Shown: in pieces, positions 1-11,468 of the stretch
Position numbering within the stretch: position 1 is the stretch's first letter
Layout of the letters: every line of letters begins with the position of its first letter
Notes under the pieces: model-generated
Told to the model about the DNA's origin: nothing
Databases searched by the model: none
What the model saw: the letters and a program-made list of their open reading frames with translations, nothing else
Translations under genes and position numbers: made by a program
DNA from: Octopus sinensis
Taxonomy: Eukaryota
Direction of reading: 5' to 3'
Length of the DNA stretch: 64,000 bases
Assembly (NCBI RefSeq): GCF_006345805.1
Contig: NC_043002.1
Coordinates: 104,470,001 to 104,534,000 of the forward strand

Positions 1-480
1 GTCCTGGGCATATATTTTATTATTAAATTTAAATGTGTGGCCTTTTAGTGTAACTCTTATACTAGCTCCTAGTGCATGTGCGATCATTTTCTTTACCTGA
101 TGGACATTTGCGGGGCTCCGTATGGCTCTGGTCCATCCGCGCCATCTTTCTATATGTGTCTTCCTAGCCATAGAAGTAATTGTAGGCGGTCTACCTCTTA
201 AACATCTACTGGGGCAGAAACTACTAAGATTATGTTTATCTAAGTATTCACTATTATATGTCAGTCTAAGTAGGAGGCCCAGTTCTTCTGTGTCGACATT
301 ACAGAGCTCCACCTGGCTCTCGTTGATCATCTCCACGCACTTCTCCACTGCAAAATCTACGTCAATCGATGGGTATAGGGATACCACATCCATGCTACCT
401 ACTATACATCCTGTCAAGTCACAAGTTTTGTTACAGTCACTGATCCTGTTTATAACACCAAATATATAGTGCGTGTGTTT
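1..480 (-). mobile_element. Penelope-like element reverse transcriptase, stop-free frame, 5'-truncated, continues beyond the left edge of the window
   Basis: Manual translation of minus-strand codons 480->1 gives 160 codons without a stop: ...GCIVGSMDVVSLYPSIDVDFAVEKCVEMINESQ...LGASIRVTLKGHTFKFNNKIYAQD. DVVSLYPSI is RT motif A and FKFNNKIYAQ leads into motif B', typical of PLE RTs. In-frame TAA at 481-483. Not in the ORF track because it has no stop inside the window. Confidence 0.85.
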
Positions 481-639
481 TTATTGGCTAAACTGGCAAT
501 ATGACCATTCCGAAATATAACAATATCTGTTTCAACACACGACTTCACATAAAAAATCTTGCACAACAAATATTTAAACGTACTATATATATATATAATA
601 TATATATATATGGGAGAAGAATTCCATTATCAATAATAA

Positions 640-1022
640 AAAAGGGTAATCAGTAATTTTACCAAGTAGAATTCGGCATGAAAAAGACCAATTCTTGGTA
701 AGCTTAAGTAATACTTTATAATTAGGGTTCAGCAAAGATTTGCTTCACCACATACCGAAGTTTAGAATTAGCAGTCAAAATATCTAAGCTATTCCTTCTA
801 CTTTAAATGGGCCTCCCAGAAAAACCAAAGTACTTGAAAACAATCCACGCAGGCAAAAGGGAAAAATAACGAAAATCAATCGATATTAGGTTACCCACGT
901 ACGCGCGTTTCGGATTAGATCGGTATAAGACTGCTATTTCCAAGATTTTTTGACTGCTACTTCTAAACTTCGGTATGTGGTGAAGCAAATCTTTGCTTGC
1001 TGAACCCTAATTATAAAGTATT
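640..1022 (-). mobile_element. Non-coding PLE pLTR-like element with inverted tail and half of a hammerhead
   Basis: Inverted repeat 709-785 / 943-1022. Homologous along its length to the element at 32797-33325. Minus strand reads GAAAC-GCGC-GTA-CGTGGG (911->894) with no CUGANGA upstream. Confidence 0.7.
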
Positions 1023-1030
1023 ATATGCAT

Positions 1031-1075
<45 letters not shown>

Positions 1076-1534
1076 GATAGATATACATATACATAATACA
1101 TATATATATATATATATATATAATATATATATATATATTATATATATATATTATATATATATATATATATATAAGTACATATATGCGTGTGAGTGAACGT
1201 GTGATTATGTATGTTCACATGTATGAGGGAAATGGAGGTGTATCGCATTACGGGCCGCGTATTTCAGTATCCCTGATGGTTTAAGAATTTCATAATACTT
1301 GAAATATTTTTAATTATCTCTGAAACACCTTATTAATAAATAAAGCCGTTATTGAAGCTAAGCAGAGATTATGAAAAACGGCTCCGGGTGATCTGGAAAT
1401 TAGGAAATAACTTAAATGCATAAACGTCATATTAAAATTTGCAAAGCCCCTACATTGCGGGAAAAAACATTTCAGATTTCTTCGTAAATGTAACCGTACT
1501 GACTTTTCCTCTAAAGTTATGTATTCTTTTATTC

Positions 1535-1866
1535 TTCTATTTGTTTCAGTCATTTTAATGCGACCCTGCTGGAGCACCACATTTAGCTGATGATATCGAC
1601 CCCAGGACTTATTTTTTGTAAGCCTAGTACTTTTTCTGTCGAATCTCTTTTGAAGAACCGCTAAGTTACGGGGACGTAAACACAACAGCATAGGGTGTGA
1701 AGCGATGGTGGTGGGCGATACAATCACAATCTCAAACGCACACACACACACAAATACATACGACGGGCTTCTTTCAGTTTCCATTTACCAAATCAACTCA
1801 CAAGGCTCTGGTCGGCCCGAGGCTATAGTAGAAGACATTTGCCCAAGGTACCACGCAGTGGGGCTA
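1535..1866 (-). mobile_element. tRNA-derived SINE, family C (near full length)
   Basis: Contains ccgctaagttacggggacgtaaacac, cgaccccaggacttat and gctatagtagaagacatttgcccaaggtaccacgcagtggg, the reverse complement of blocks at 18255-18470 and 20085-20300. Confidence 0.75.
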
Positions 1867-2319
1867 TTATTTCTTACATGGGTTGAAAATGTAAAAATAC
1901 ACACACACACACACATACACACATGCACACACACAAACTCATGCATATATGTGCGCTTCCAAATGTGTCTTGATTGCGTCATTCTTTTTAACCTTGGGCC
2001 AAACATCTTAACTAAAGCATTTCGTGGTGGTTCGCAAGTGACCTTTTCTGATGTCTTGAGTTTCATTAGAGGGGCCTAGCCATTGTCTATAAATCTTGCG
2101 ACATGTCCGGCTCAGTGAGACTTGTTATTTTCTTGTGCAGTGACCACATCTTTCACTCTGCTCTCTTCTTGATTAATCTCCTTTCGATTGTGATCTCTTA
2201 ATGATATACCAATGGTCATTTCATGGCCCTTTCAGTCGGAGCCGATCGATGATTTATCCTCTTCGAAGGAGTCCACATTTGACTTGCATTTTACACTGCT
2301 AATTATGATCCATTTATTA

Positions 2320-2541
2320 TTATTGTCATCATCATTATATTATTATTATTATTATTATTATATTATTATTATTATTATTATTATTGTTGTTGTTGTTGTT
2401 GTTGTTGTTTTGTTTTTGTTGGTTGTTGTTGTTGTTGTTGCTGCTGCTGTGCTGCTGCTGTGTTGTTGTTGTTGTTGTTGTTGTTGTTATTATTATTATT
2501 ATTTTTATTATTATTATTATTATTTATTATCATCATCATCA

Positions 2542-2579
<38 letters not shown>

Positions 2580-2620
2580 TTTATTATTGTATTATTTTTA
2601 TTATTATTGTTATTATTTAA
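2320..2620. repeat. Compound (TAT)n/(GTT)n/(GCT)n/(CAT)n microsatellite
   Basis: Directly visible trinucleotide runs; they account for the low-complexity ORFs 2212-2745 and 2384-2620. Confidence 0.95.
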
Positions 2621-3415
2621 CGTTTAAATTTTGCTTTACATTTGTACAAGTTGGCTCGAAGTCTCACCCAGAGACCTCAAGAGACAACAAGTTAGAATTT
2701 CATGTTGTTATAGGTAGGATGTCATATATTTGGTTCTGTATATAGTGTTGTTCTAGAGAATGTTTAAGAAACCATAAGAAAAATTATGTGTTTGTTTTAA
2801 AATTTGAGATTACATAGAAAGTAGTTTGCGTAGGATATGAGCAGTTCCCATGAGTACTATCTTTTAAAATTTCTGCCATTTTTGTCTTTCCTGGTATCCG
2901 AGCTAGGTAGTAATGAGCCCCTTTTGCTATCATTCCCAGGGCACCTATGACAGTAGGTATTGTTTTAATCTTCATGTTCAGCATTTTGCTGATTTCTATT
3001 TCAAGATCTTTATATTTGCTCAGTTTTGGTAGGTCTTCAGAGTTACTTTTATATCGATTGGGACAGTCATATCAATGAGGAGGCATGATTTTTGCTGAAG
3101 TCTTTCAATATGATATCTGGCTTATTCGCATCTATCTTTCTGTCAGTTTGAATGGTGAAGTTCCTAGGAGTGAGATGTGATCATTTTCAAGCACTGGAGG
3201 TGGTTTGTGTTCCCACCAGTTTTTATAATGCGGCAGATCCCGGTTTTTGCAAATTACCCAGTGAATATATTGTGCAGCTCTATCATGCCTGTTGAGATAC
3301 TCTGTAGGCGTAAGAAGACTGCATTTGGAGACATGATCAATGGTTTCATATTGTTGTTGACATACACGACATTTTGGTCTACTGCCAGTCTTTTATGTTG
3401 GCCTGGTATTTCTGG
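2620..3415 (-). mobile_element. R4/Dong-like non-LTR retrotransposon 3' fragment (CCHC knuckle + restriction-like endonuclease), frameshifted
   Basis: Minus translation: KCRVCQQQYETIDHVSKC...YLNRHDRAAQYIHW...(frameshift)...NFTIQTDRKIDANKPDIILKD...LIDMTVPID...KLSKYKDLEIEISKM..KTIPTVIGALG. These are the CCHC, RHD, KPD and K..KY..L motifs of RLE-clade elements. Flanked by (TAA)n on both sides. Confidence 0.85.
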
Positions 3416-3425
3416 CAGTTTATTA

Positions 3426-3469
<44 letters not shown>

Positions 3470-3479
3470 TTATTATTAT

Positions 3480-3630
3480 ATATTATTTTATTCAGTAGTT
3501 TTATTTTATAGCGTGCTTTCACTTCACTACCACGAGCGCAGCTCTGTGTGCCTTGGGTATGTGCTGTGATTTGTTGTGATGCTTTGATGGTTATTGTATG
3601 GAAATGTTCTGCGTAGGATGTGTGCAGTGC
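3480..3630 (-). mobile_element. Short 3'-end fragment of a related R4/Dong-like element
   Basis: Minus strand gcactgcacacatcctacgcagaac (TAHILRR) is homologous to the C-terminal coding end at about 2830-2850, followed by a 3' UTR; embedded in (TAT)n. Confidence 0.6.
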
Positions 3631-3715
3631 TATTAATATTATTATTATTATATTATTATTATTATTTCTATTATCATTATTATTATTATCATCATGACTA
3701 TTATTATTATTATTA

Positions 3716-3749
<34 letters not shown>

Positions 3750-3779
3750 TTATTATCATTTTTATTATTATTATTATAT

Positions 3780-3855
3780 TTTAGTAGTAAAGTAGTAGTA
3801 GCAACAGCAGCAGCAGCGTAGTAGTAGTATTAGTAGTAGTAGTAGTAGTAGTAGT

Positions 3856-3948
<93 letters not shown>

Positions 3949-3955
3949 TGTAGTG
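3780..3955. repeat. (AGT)n/(AGC)n microsatellite
   Basis: Directly visible. Confidence 0.95.
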
Positions 3956-4344
3956 TCCACAGTATTATTGTTGTTGTCTCGAGTACAGTGGTTGGAACAG
4001 AAAATAGCAGAAACACAGCCTATATTCTCCGAATAAACACCAGTGAAAGCTTCTAATCAGTCACTTAGCTTAACACCCAACGAAAACCTCCTTATCTCTA
4101 TATAGAAATACATTAATATGCATGTGTATTTGTGAGTGTGGATGTTCGTTTCCATATACATATGTATGTACATATCTAGACGTGTATATATATGCATATA
4201 TTTATATATACATATATATATATAGAGAAGAGAGAGAGAGTGAAAGAGTGAGAGAGAGAGAGAAAGAGAGAGAGAGAAAGAAAGAGAGAGAGAGATACAT
4301 ACTTAAATATGTGCATACACACACATACGCATATTCGTGTACAC

Positions 4345-4403
4345 ATATCCCTGTATATATATATATATACACAAACATAAATAGTTACCATATATATGCA
4401 TCC

Positions 4404-4446
<43 letters not shown>

Positions 4447-4775
4447 AACATAAATAGTTACACATATATATGCATCCCTGTATATATATATAATATACAA
4501 ACATAAATAGTTACACATATATATATGCATCCCTGTATATATATATATATATATATACATATATATATACACATACATAAATAGTTACACATATATATGC
4601 ATCCCTGTATTATATATATATATTACACAAACATAAATAGTTACACATATATATGCATCCCTGTATATATATATATATACATATATATATACACATACAT
4701 AATAGTTACACATATATACACCCTGTATATATATATATATACACAAACATAAATAGTTACACATATATATACATA
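4345..4775. repeat. Minisatellite: about 7 copies of atatgcatccctg(TA)n cacaaacataaatagttacacat
   Basis: ataaatagttac recurs at about 4378, 4451, 4503, 4578, 4633, 4698 (variant) and 4749; unit length varies with an internal (TA)n. Confidence 0.9.
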
Positions 4776-5026
4776 TATAAATATGTGCGAGCGTTTGTGT
4801 GTGTGTATGTGTGTATATGTGTGTGTGTGCGTGTTTTGCTTATTTATGTGTGTATATTTGTGTTTTCGAAGTTTTATTGGCTTCTCGCCATTCAGCATTC
4901 ATGATAATCCGATGATATTCTCGGACTTTTTTTTTAGCAATTTCTGTTCACTTCTCATTTATTTCCTTCAACTTGACAAACTTTTCAAACAGGATCTCGT
5001 GTTTCGAAGAAGAGAGAGATGCTAAT

Positions 5027-5097
<71 letters not shown>

Positions 5098-5102
5098 GTG
5101 TC

Positions 5103-5165
<63 letters not shown>

Positions 5166-5288
5166 GTGTGTGTGTGTGTGTGGGTGTGTGTGTGTGTGTG
5201 TGTATGTGTGTGTATATACACATATATATATAAACACAGATTATATAATATTATATTACATATACATATATTTTATATATACATATCC

Positions 5289-5332
<44 letters not shown>

Positions 5333-6572
5333 ATTATATATATATATATATACATGCATATATATGCATACACACATACACAGACATTTATATGTTTGTA
5401 TACTTACGAATACACTTACAAATATCAGTGTATATGTTTGAATTCATGCATGTATGTATGTTTGTATGTCTATGCATGTATATTTTACCAGACGATGAAT
5501 AGCTGGCTCTCATTGAACGAGGTAAAGAGCACGAGCTTAAAATAGCCATATTTACATTCTCAAGGAGAATATTTTCAAGCGCCTGATATCTACTAATCTC
5601 AACGTCTTGGCAGGCAGAGCCTGCACCATCATCTTAGAAGGAATGTCAGGAATAAAATTCACGTGAGTCGCAGTATTAGCTGTTATATCTTCAGATAAAT
5701 CTGGACCAGAATCTCCATGTGATGTTCCTTTACTTCTCTTCGTTATGTTTGTCTCTGTTCCATCGACGCTACTTTCTGTTCTTCATGTTCTCTCACGTCA
5801 GCCAAACAAATTAGCTCTTGAAATTAATTATTAATATGACAGGTGTTCATTAGTGGTAATCACTTTTTATCTCAAGCCCTGTTCTCCAACGTCACCAACA
5901 GGTTTTTGATTATTGATGCGTGAATTAAGTCAATAGTGTCACTAAAATATCGTCAGAATAATATCTAAAAATACTGAACGATGAAATTTTAAAATATGTA
6001 CGTTTCCTCTCAAAGTCGTACTCAGTCCCTAAACAACGTTTCACAGGTCTCTGACCATGCACTTTTCGACATTGTTCCATGACAAATTATATATTGTCTC
6101 ACAAACTTCGGTTTTTCCATAATTACTAAAACCCCTGGGTAATTTTAGTTCTTCAACTCTTCTCGGTCGATAAGAAAACGTACGAATCTAGCATTGCGCT
6201 TATCTGTAATGGCATCCACCTTTGCCAAATACGGAAGATTTATGACTTAATAAAAAATACTGTAAAAATTCAACAAGTTTGAAGCATGGGGAGAGTGATT
6301 TTATAATTGTTTGCTTTTGGTCATTTCCAGCTCTTTGCTTTGCATGCTATAATCTCCATCAAGTTCAACATTTCAAACAAAATAGCCCTGATAAGTAGAG
6401 CGATCTCCATAGCAAGTCTTCTTGGGAAACGATTTCCATTTTGTTGGTCGCTAGGACTAATAAAACCTGTTTCCCAGTTTCCACGGCATATGAGTGATCG
6501 GGATCACAATATTCACCCTGGTAGGGAGACGGTCAGTTGAGGGAGGAAGGTCAGCGAAGGGAAGAGAAAAGA

Positions 6573-6670
6573 CGATTACATCAACTCACAATACTTGACT
6601 TTAAATTTATTTTATCGTTCCTGAAAGGATGAGAGGAAAAGTCTCTCAGCGAAATTAGAAAACGGAATGT
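6573..6670 (-). mobile_element. Degenerate SINE family A fragment
   Basis: tttatcgttcctgaaaggatgagaggaaaagtc resembles the family-A core ttatcgaccccgaaaggatgaaaggcaaagtc. Confidence 0.5.
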
Positions 6671-7386
6671 AATGATATATGATATAGTGTCAAGGTCCTA
6701 CAACTCGCAGCCTCCTTGGGAACAATTATTCTAATCAAATATTATGTTTATTCAGCACCCACACATAAAGCGCTGCTTTAGACAGTTTCCATCTATTAGT
6801 TTCTTCGACAACGAGCTGGCTCTATCCGAATTTAAGGAAAAAGAATTCTACATTTCAAGCCTACGACATTATATAACACTGTCACCGCTTTATTTTAATT
6901 GCATTGAGGCTGTTATTCACTGCGTGCATTTCTGCCCGAGTAACTCCATGGCACGGAAGTCTTTCATATGATCAAACATGTTTCCTTCATTTCCGTAAAT
7001 TTAAAACAAAATAATATCGTGCGAACACACACGTACATCTACAAACAGTCTCCTCCAGAATACAAGCACAAACGTATGACATACTGTCTGTCATATATAT
7101 AACAATATATAGAAAGGGGGGGATGTACAGGGAAAATTGAAAGAGAGCGGGAAGAGAGAGTTTCATTCATTAAGTATATGGTTTTCAAATAAACATACGA
7201 CATGTGTTAGGTTACAGAAATGATATTTTAATGAGTTTAGCATCTGTTCCACGTCTATATTTACACACATAAATATCAAGAGAATGTAATGTATTTACAG
7301 GTTTATATATATATATATATATTTATATGTATATATATATAATATATATATATATGTATATATATATTTATATGCATATATATATA

Positions 7387-7438
<52 letters not shown>

Positions 7439-7602
7439 TGCACGTGCAAGTACATCGCCACATTGACATATATCTATGAATAACACAAAAAGACTCTCGA
7501 AAGTAACATATTTTAGAGAAAACACTTACATGTACGCACATTTATATACACCTCAATACACGCACTATATCTGTGTATGAGCGTGCGTGTATGCACATAT
7601 AC

Positions 7603-7633
<31 letters not shown>

Positions 7634-8022
7634 GCATAAATACATATACATACATATTATAATATTATTTATTTATATAATATATACTTATTATATATAT
7701 ATATATATTATATATAATATATATATATACTTATTTATATATATATATATATATTATATATTATATATATATATATATCAAATGGATACACACTTATGAA
7801 TGTCTAGGGAGAATTATATGTCAAACTATCGTAGAGAGACTACGAGAAATTTGTGGAGAACGGCGCCGTATACTAAATTGCGTGCTTCCAAGCACCACTG
7901 TTGCTATGTATCAGGCAACCAAAACACGGCGTTTGTAAGATGTTTGAACGCACTACAAGAGATAGTGCCGAGAAATGGTCCATTCACATAACAGAATATA
8001 GAGAACAATATATACCCTATAC

Positions 8023-8120
8023 AACGGTGCAGACATAGGTACGTGGTTAAGAAATTCTCCTTGCGACCACGTGGTTTCGTGTTCAGCCCTACCTGCGGTA
8101 CATTGGGCAAGATGCATCCT
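8023..8120 (+). mobile_element. SINE family C head fragment
   Basis: acgtggttaagaa...accacgtggtttcgtgttcagccctacctgcggtacattgggcaag: a degenerate tRNA-like head and the start of the body. Confidence 0.55.
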
Positions 8121-8178
8121 ATATATATTATATATATATATATATGTATCCTACATATATATATATATATTTATCCCA

Positions 8179-9620
8179 CTGAAACCCTTGCTGAAATACA
8201 TCAAAAGCTTCATTAGGATGATTTAGATATGTTAGAACACCTACCAAAAACGATTAATGAAGAGACAGTATTGGTCACCCTCGATGTTATCAATCTTTAC
8301 ACCAACATCCCCATGATTATGGAATAAAAGCAATTAAATTCTGGTTGGAAAAGTACCCCAAAGTCCTCCAGGAACGCAGAAACCATATCTTTATTATTGA
8401 ATCCTAAAAATTTATACTTCAGAACAATTATTTCCTATTTGATGACACATACTATCGTCAGAAATGCGGAATTGCCATGGGGACGAAAGCAGCTCCTGTT
8501 CTTGCGAACCTAATAATGGGTTATTTTGCATTCACCTTATGAGGTATCACTTCAGAAATATGTTTACCCATTTTACCTCTACATAAAAGAAAATTGGATG
8601 GAGAACATCGACAAACTTTTGGATTTCAAAACAACACCAAATGACATAAATAGTAACATTCAATTCAAAATGGAATATAATAAAGAACAACTTCCATTTT
8701 AGACATCATGATAAAAAAAGTTAACAATGAAATAATAACTGACATTTTTATAAACCAACTGACTGAAAACAATATCTTCTTTTTAACTCATGCCACTCGA
8801 AACACATAAAAATAAACATCCCTGTTAACTTAGCAAAAAGGATCTGCACAAGAGTGTATGATAGAACAACTCGGGACATTCGTCTTCAAGACCTCAAAAC
8901 AACACTTACTGAAAGACAATATCCACCCTCTCTTATCGACGAGGGAATTAAACGTGCCAAACAATTAGACACAAAAACACTAAGAACAAAAAAACATAGC
9001 ACCACACCTCAAACATTACTTTTTATATCAACACACAACCCCAGAAACAGTGAAGCATTCAACACTAGTGTGCAAACTCTCCCTTTACTAACTAGAGATC
9101 CAAAAATGAACGACATCCTGAAAACACACAAACTCATCAAATGCAAAAAACAAGACAAATCGCTAAAGAGACTACTAACAAATGTGAAGCTTACACAACA
9201 ACCACGAAACCAACGGTTGAAAAATGTGGACGCCCGAACTGTGGAACCTGCCCCAACTGCTGGAAGGCTCGGATTTCCTTTTCAAACAAGGACAGAGGTT
9301 CACAATTAAAACTAGTTTCACCTGTGCCTCTGAGAACCTAATTTATGTATAACCTGCTCGGGTTGCAGTCATCAGTACATTGGACAAACGAGTTTAAGTT
9401 TGAGGAAGAGTATCACTCTGCATAAGGAGAAAATCCGTTTCCCGCAATACAGACAAATTCCTCTTAGTGAACACATAGAAAAATGTGTAGGTAACATCAA
9501 CCAATTTTACAGTCTTCCTTTTCTATCAGTGCAAATACACAATCTCTCAACTAAAACACTTAAATAAAGAAACTTTTTTCATTGAAAAAAATACAAAAGC
9601 GTCTTAAAATGCACGCATAA
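8179..9620 (+). pseudogene. Decayed Penelope-like element ORF: reverse transcriptase + GIY-YIG endonuclease
   Basis: Stitched frames give LVTLDVINLYTNIP, YYRQKCGIAMGTKAAPVLANL, IQFKMEYNKEQLPFLDI, DIFYKPTD, YPPSLID, then CGRPNCGTCP and NLIYV.TCSGCSHQYIGQT (9340-9390). Many frameshifts and stops; the YxDD segment is deleted near 8595. Confidence 0.93.
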
Positions 9621-9896
9621 CCAACTTTTATATTTTTACATATTACATCACTGTACATAACTCCCCTACTAAACAAGGTTCCCTTTTTTTAACCTGTCTC
9701 CTTTCTGTACATATATTTATTCCCCACCCAAAAGCTAAACAGTTATCTCCCTTACACACAACAATAACAATAATAACAACCTCTTACCTCCCTTTACTTG
9801 TCAACTTGCAAAATCATTCACTCGTGAATTCCATTACAAAAATCATGGACCAAATTTCTTCTTAAGAGATAATATATATTCATATAAATTAAAAAT

Positions 9897-9933
9897 TATA
9901 TCATGAATAGCGATTGCGAAACCGGTCGATATA
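9897..9933 (+). ncRNA. Remnant hammerhead in the 3' pLTR region of the 8179-9620 PLE (inactive)
   Basis: tatatc-atga-atagcgattgc-GAAAC-CG-GTC-gatata: stem I tatatc/gatata, palindromic stem III and a GUC site; the CUGAUGA core and stem II 5' arm are partly deleted. Confidence 0.5.
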
Positions 9934-9985
9934 TTAAAAATTATATTATAACCATGTAAGTGTGCGTATTTTCCTTTTTTAATTT

Positions 9986-10024
<39 letters not shown>

Positions 10025-10149
10025 AGAACAATCTTACTTAGAAATGGATGCGTGCGTTCCGTCATATAATAAATTAATAAATAAAAACATTCATATATAC
10101 ATACATATATCTACGTACCTACCTCTACATGTATATATACACGCATATA

Positions 10150-10600
10150 TGGGTACAGGACACCAAAAAAACGTCGAACACAATGAGAAACGAAAACATA
10201 AACACAAAACCAAGGAACTGGACATTTTTCTTAAACAACGAAAAAGTAGAGTATAGGACAAATAACACAAGGAAAAGTCCCTTCTTCAGTTGCCATGGTT
10301 TCATCTACTCTGGAACCAACCCTAGATGCAGGAAGTGTGTGAACACAACTAGCACTCAATTTTGGAGATATACAAGGCTCGCCCGAAACTGCATATAAGT
10401 GGCACCTATACAGCCACAGATTTTCATGATCCCAGAAGGACGAGGCACAACGTCTCATATTTGGTGCCTTAAGGATAATGGAACATCATAAGACATAAAA
10501 TGCATGATTGCATATCAGCCGGGTCCCTATATCAACGGGAACGGACGACACACGATTTGCATAACAGAGTGAACAATGTTCCTTAAAGGCTTAACGTCTC
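10150..10600 (+). mobile_element. PLE GIY-YIG C-terminal fragment with an upstream oppositely oriented pLTR-like piece
   Basis: Plus strand about 10330-10570 translates (with stops) to ...TTSHIWCLKDNGTS*DIKCMIAYQPGPYINGNGRHTICITE, resembling PLE endonuclease C-termini (HIW.LK....Y.IKW..C.LC). Minus strand at about 10278-10291 reads caa-CTGAAGA-AGGG. Confidence 0.5.
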
Positions 10601-10645
10601 TATCAAATTGTAGATACGAGTTTTATAACCGATACCTCCATTTCA

Positions 10646-10996
10646 ACTCGCGGCCATAGGATCGCGGTTTCGATTCCCAGACCGGGCGTTGTGAGTGTTT
10701 ATTGAGCGAAAACACCTAAAGCTCCACGAGGCTCCGGCAGGGGATGGTGGTGATCCCTGCTGTACTCTTTCACCACAACTTTCTCTCACTCTTAATTCCT
10801 GTTTCTGTTGTACCTGTATTTCAAAGGGCCGGCCTTGTCACTCTCTGTGTCACGCTGAATATCCCCGAGAACTACGTTAAGGGTACACGTGTCTGTGGAG
10901 TGCTCAGCCACTTACGCGTTAATTTCACGAGCAGGCTTTTCCGTTGATTCGGATCAACCGGAACCCTCGTCGTCGTAACCGACGGAGTGCTTCCAC
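10646..10996 (+). mobile_element. tRNA-derived SINE family B, 5'-truncated
   Basis: Near-identical to 54875-55222 (gtttcgattcccagaccgggcgttgtgagtg...cgtcgtaaccgacggagtgc). Confidence 0.9.
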
Positions 10997-11289
10997 ACCT
11001 ACCTTTCAAACGCTAAATCCTAAAGGCGTGTGATTCCTCATTCACCGACAAATTTCCCGCGAAACGGAAACATCTCATCGCACCTGCCATTTGAGTCGGA
11101 GGAGGCGTCAACGAAGCTTACCGCTTTTTAGATGCAAAACCATTGGTCACGCTATGACTAGCCATCTATTTAACTTCATATAAATATGTATACCGGAGTA
11201 AACACATAAATGTGAAACAAGGTGGAAAGAAGAGTACTCAATACCAGTGGTAGAGTGATATGCTTTATTAAAGCAGCAGAAAGTTCAAC

Positions 11290-11335
11290 AAAACTGTTAC
11301 TCTGAGTTTCCCGCTGCCGTTCATCGGACAGTTTT
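11290..11335 (-). ncRNA. Compact type I hammerhead ribozyme motif (variant core)
   Basis: Minus: aaaactgt-CCGATGA-acggcagcgg-GAAAC-tcaga-GTA-acagtttt. Perfect 8-bp stem I, U4C core change, mismatch at the base of stem II, near-palindromic stem III (actcagagt). Confidence 0.7.
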
Positions 11336-11360
11336 TGCTAGCAAATAAAGTATAAATATG

Positions 11361-11468
<108 letters not shown>

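Noticed and set aside
122-469. 115-aa plus-strand ORF
   Set aside because: It is the antisense shadow of the minus-strand PLE RT frame.
5555-5790. About 75 open codons on the minus strand (SVDGTETNITKRSKG...)
   Set aside because: No polypyrimidine acceptor, no motif recognised, and the length is compatible with chance.
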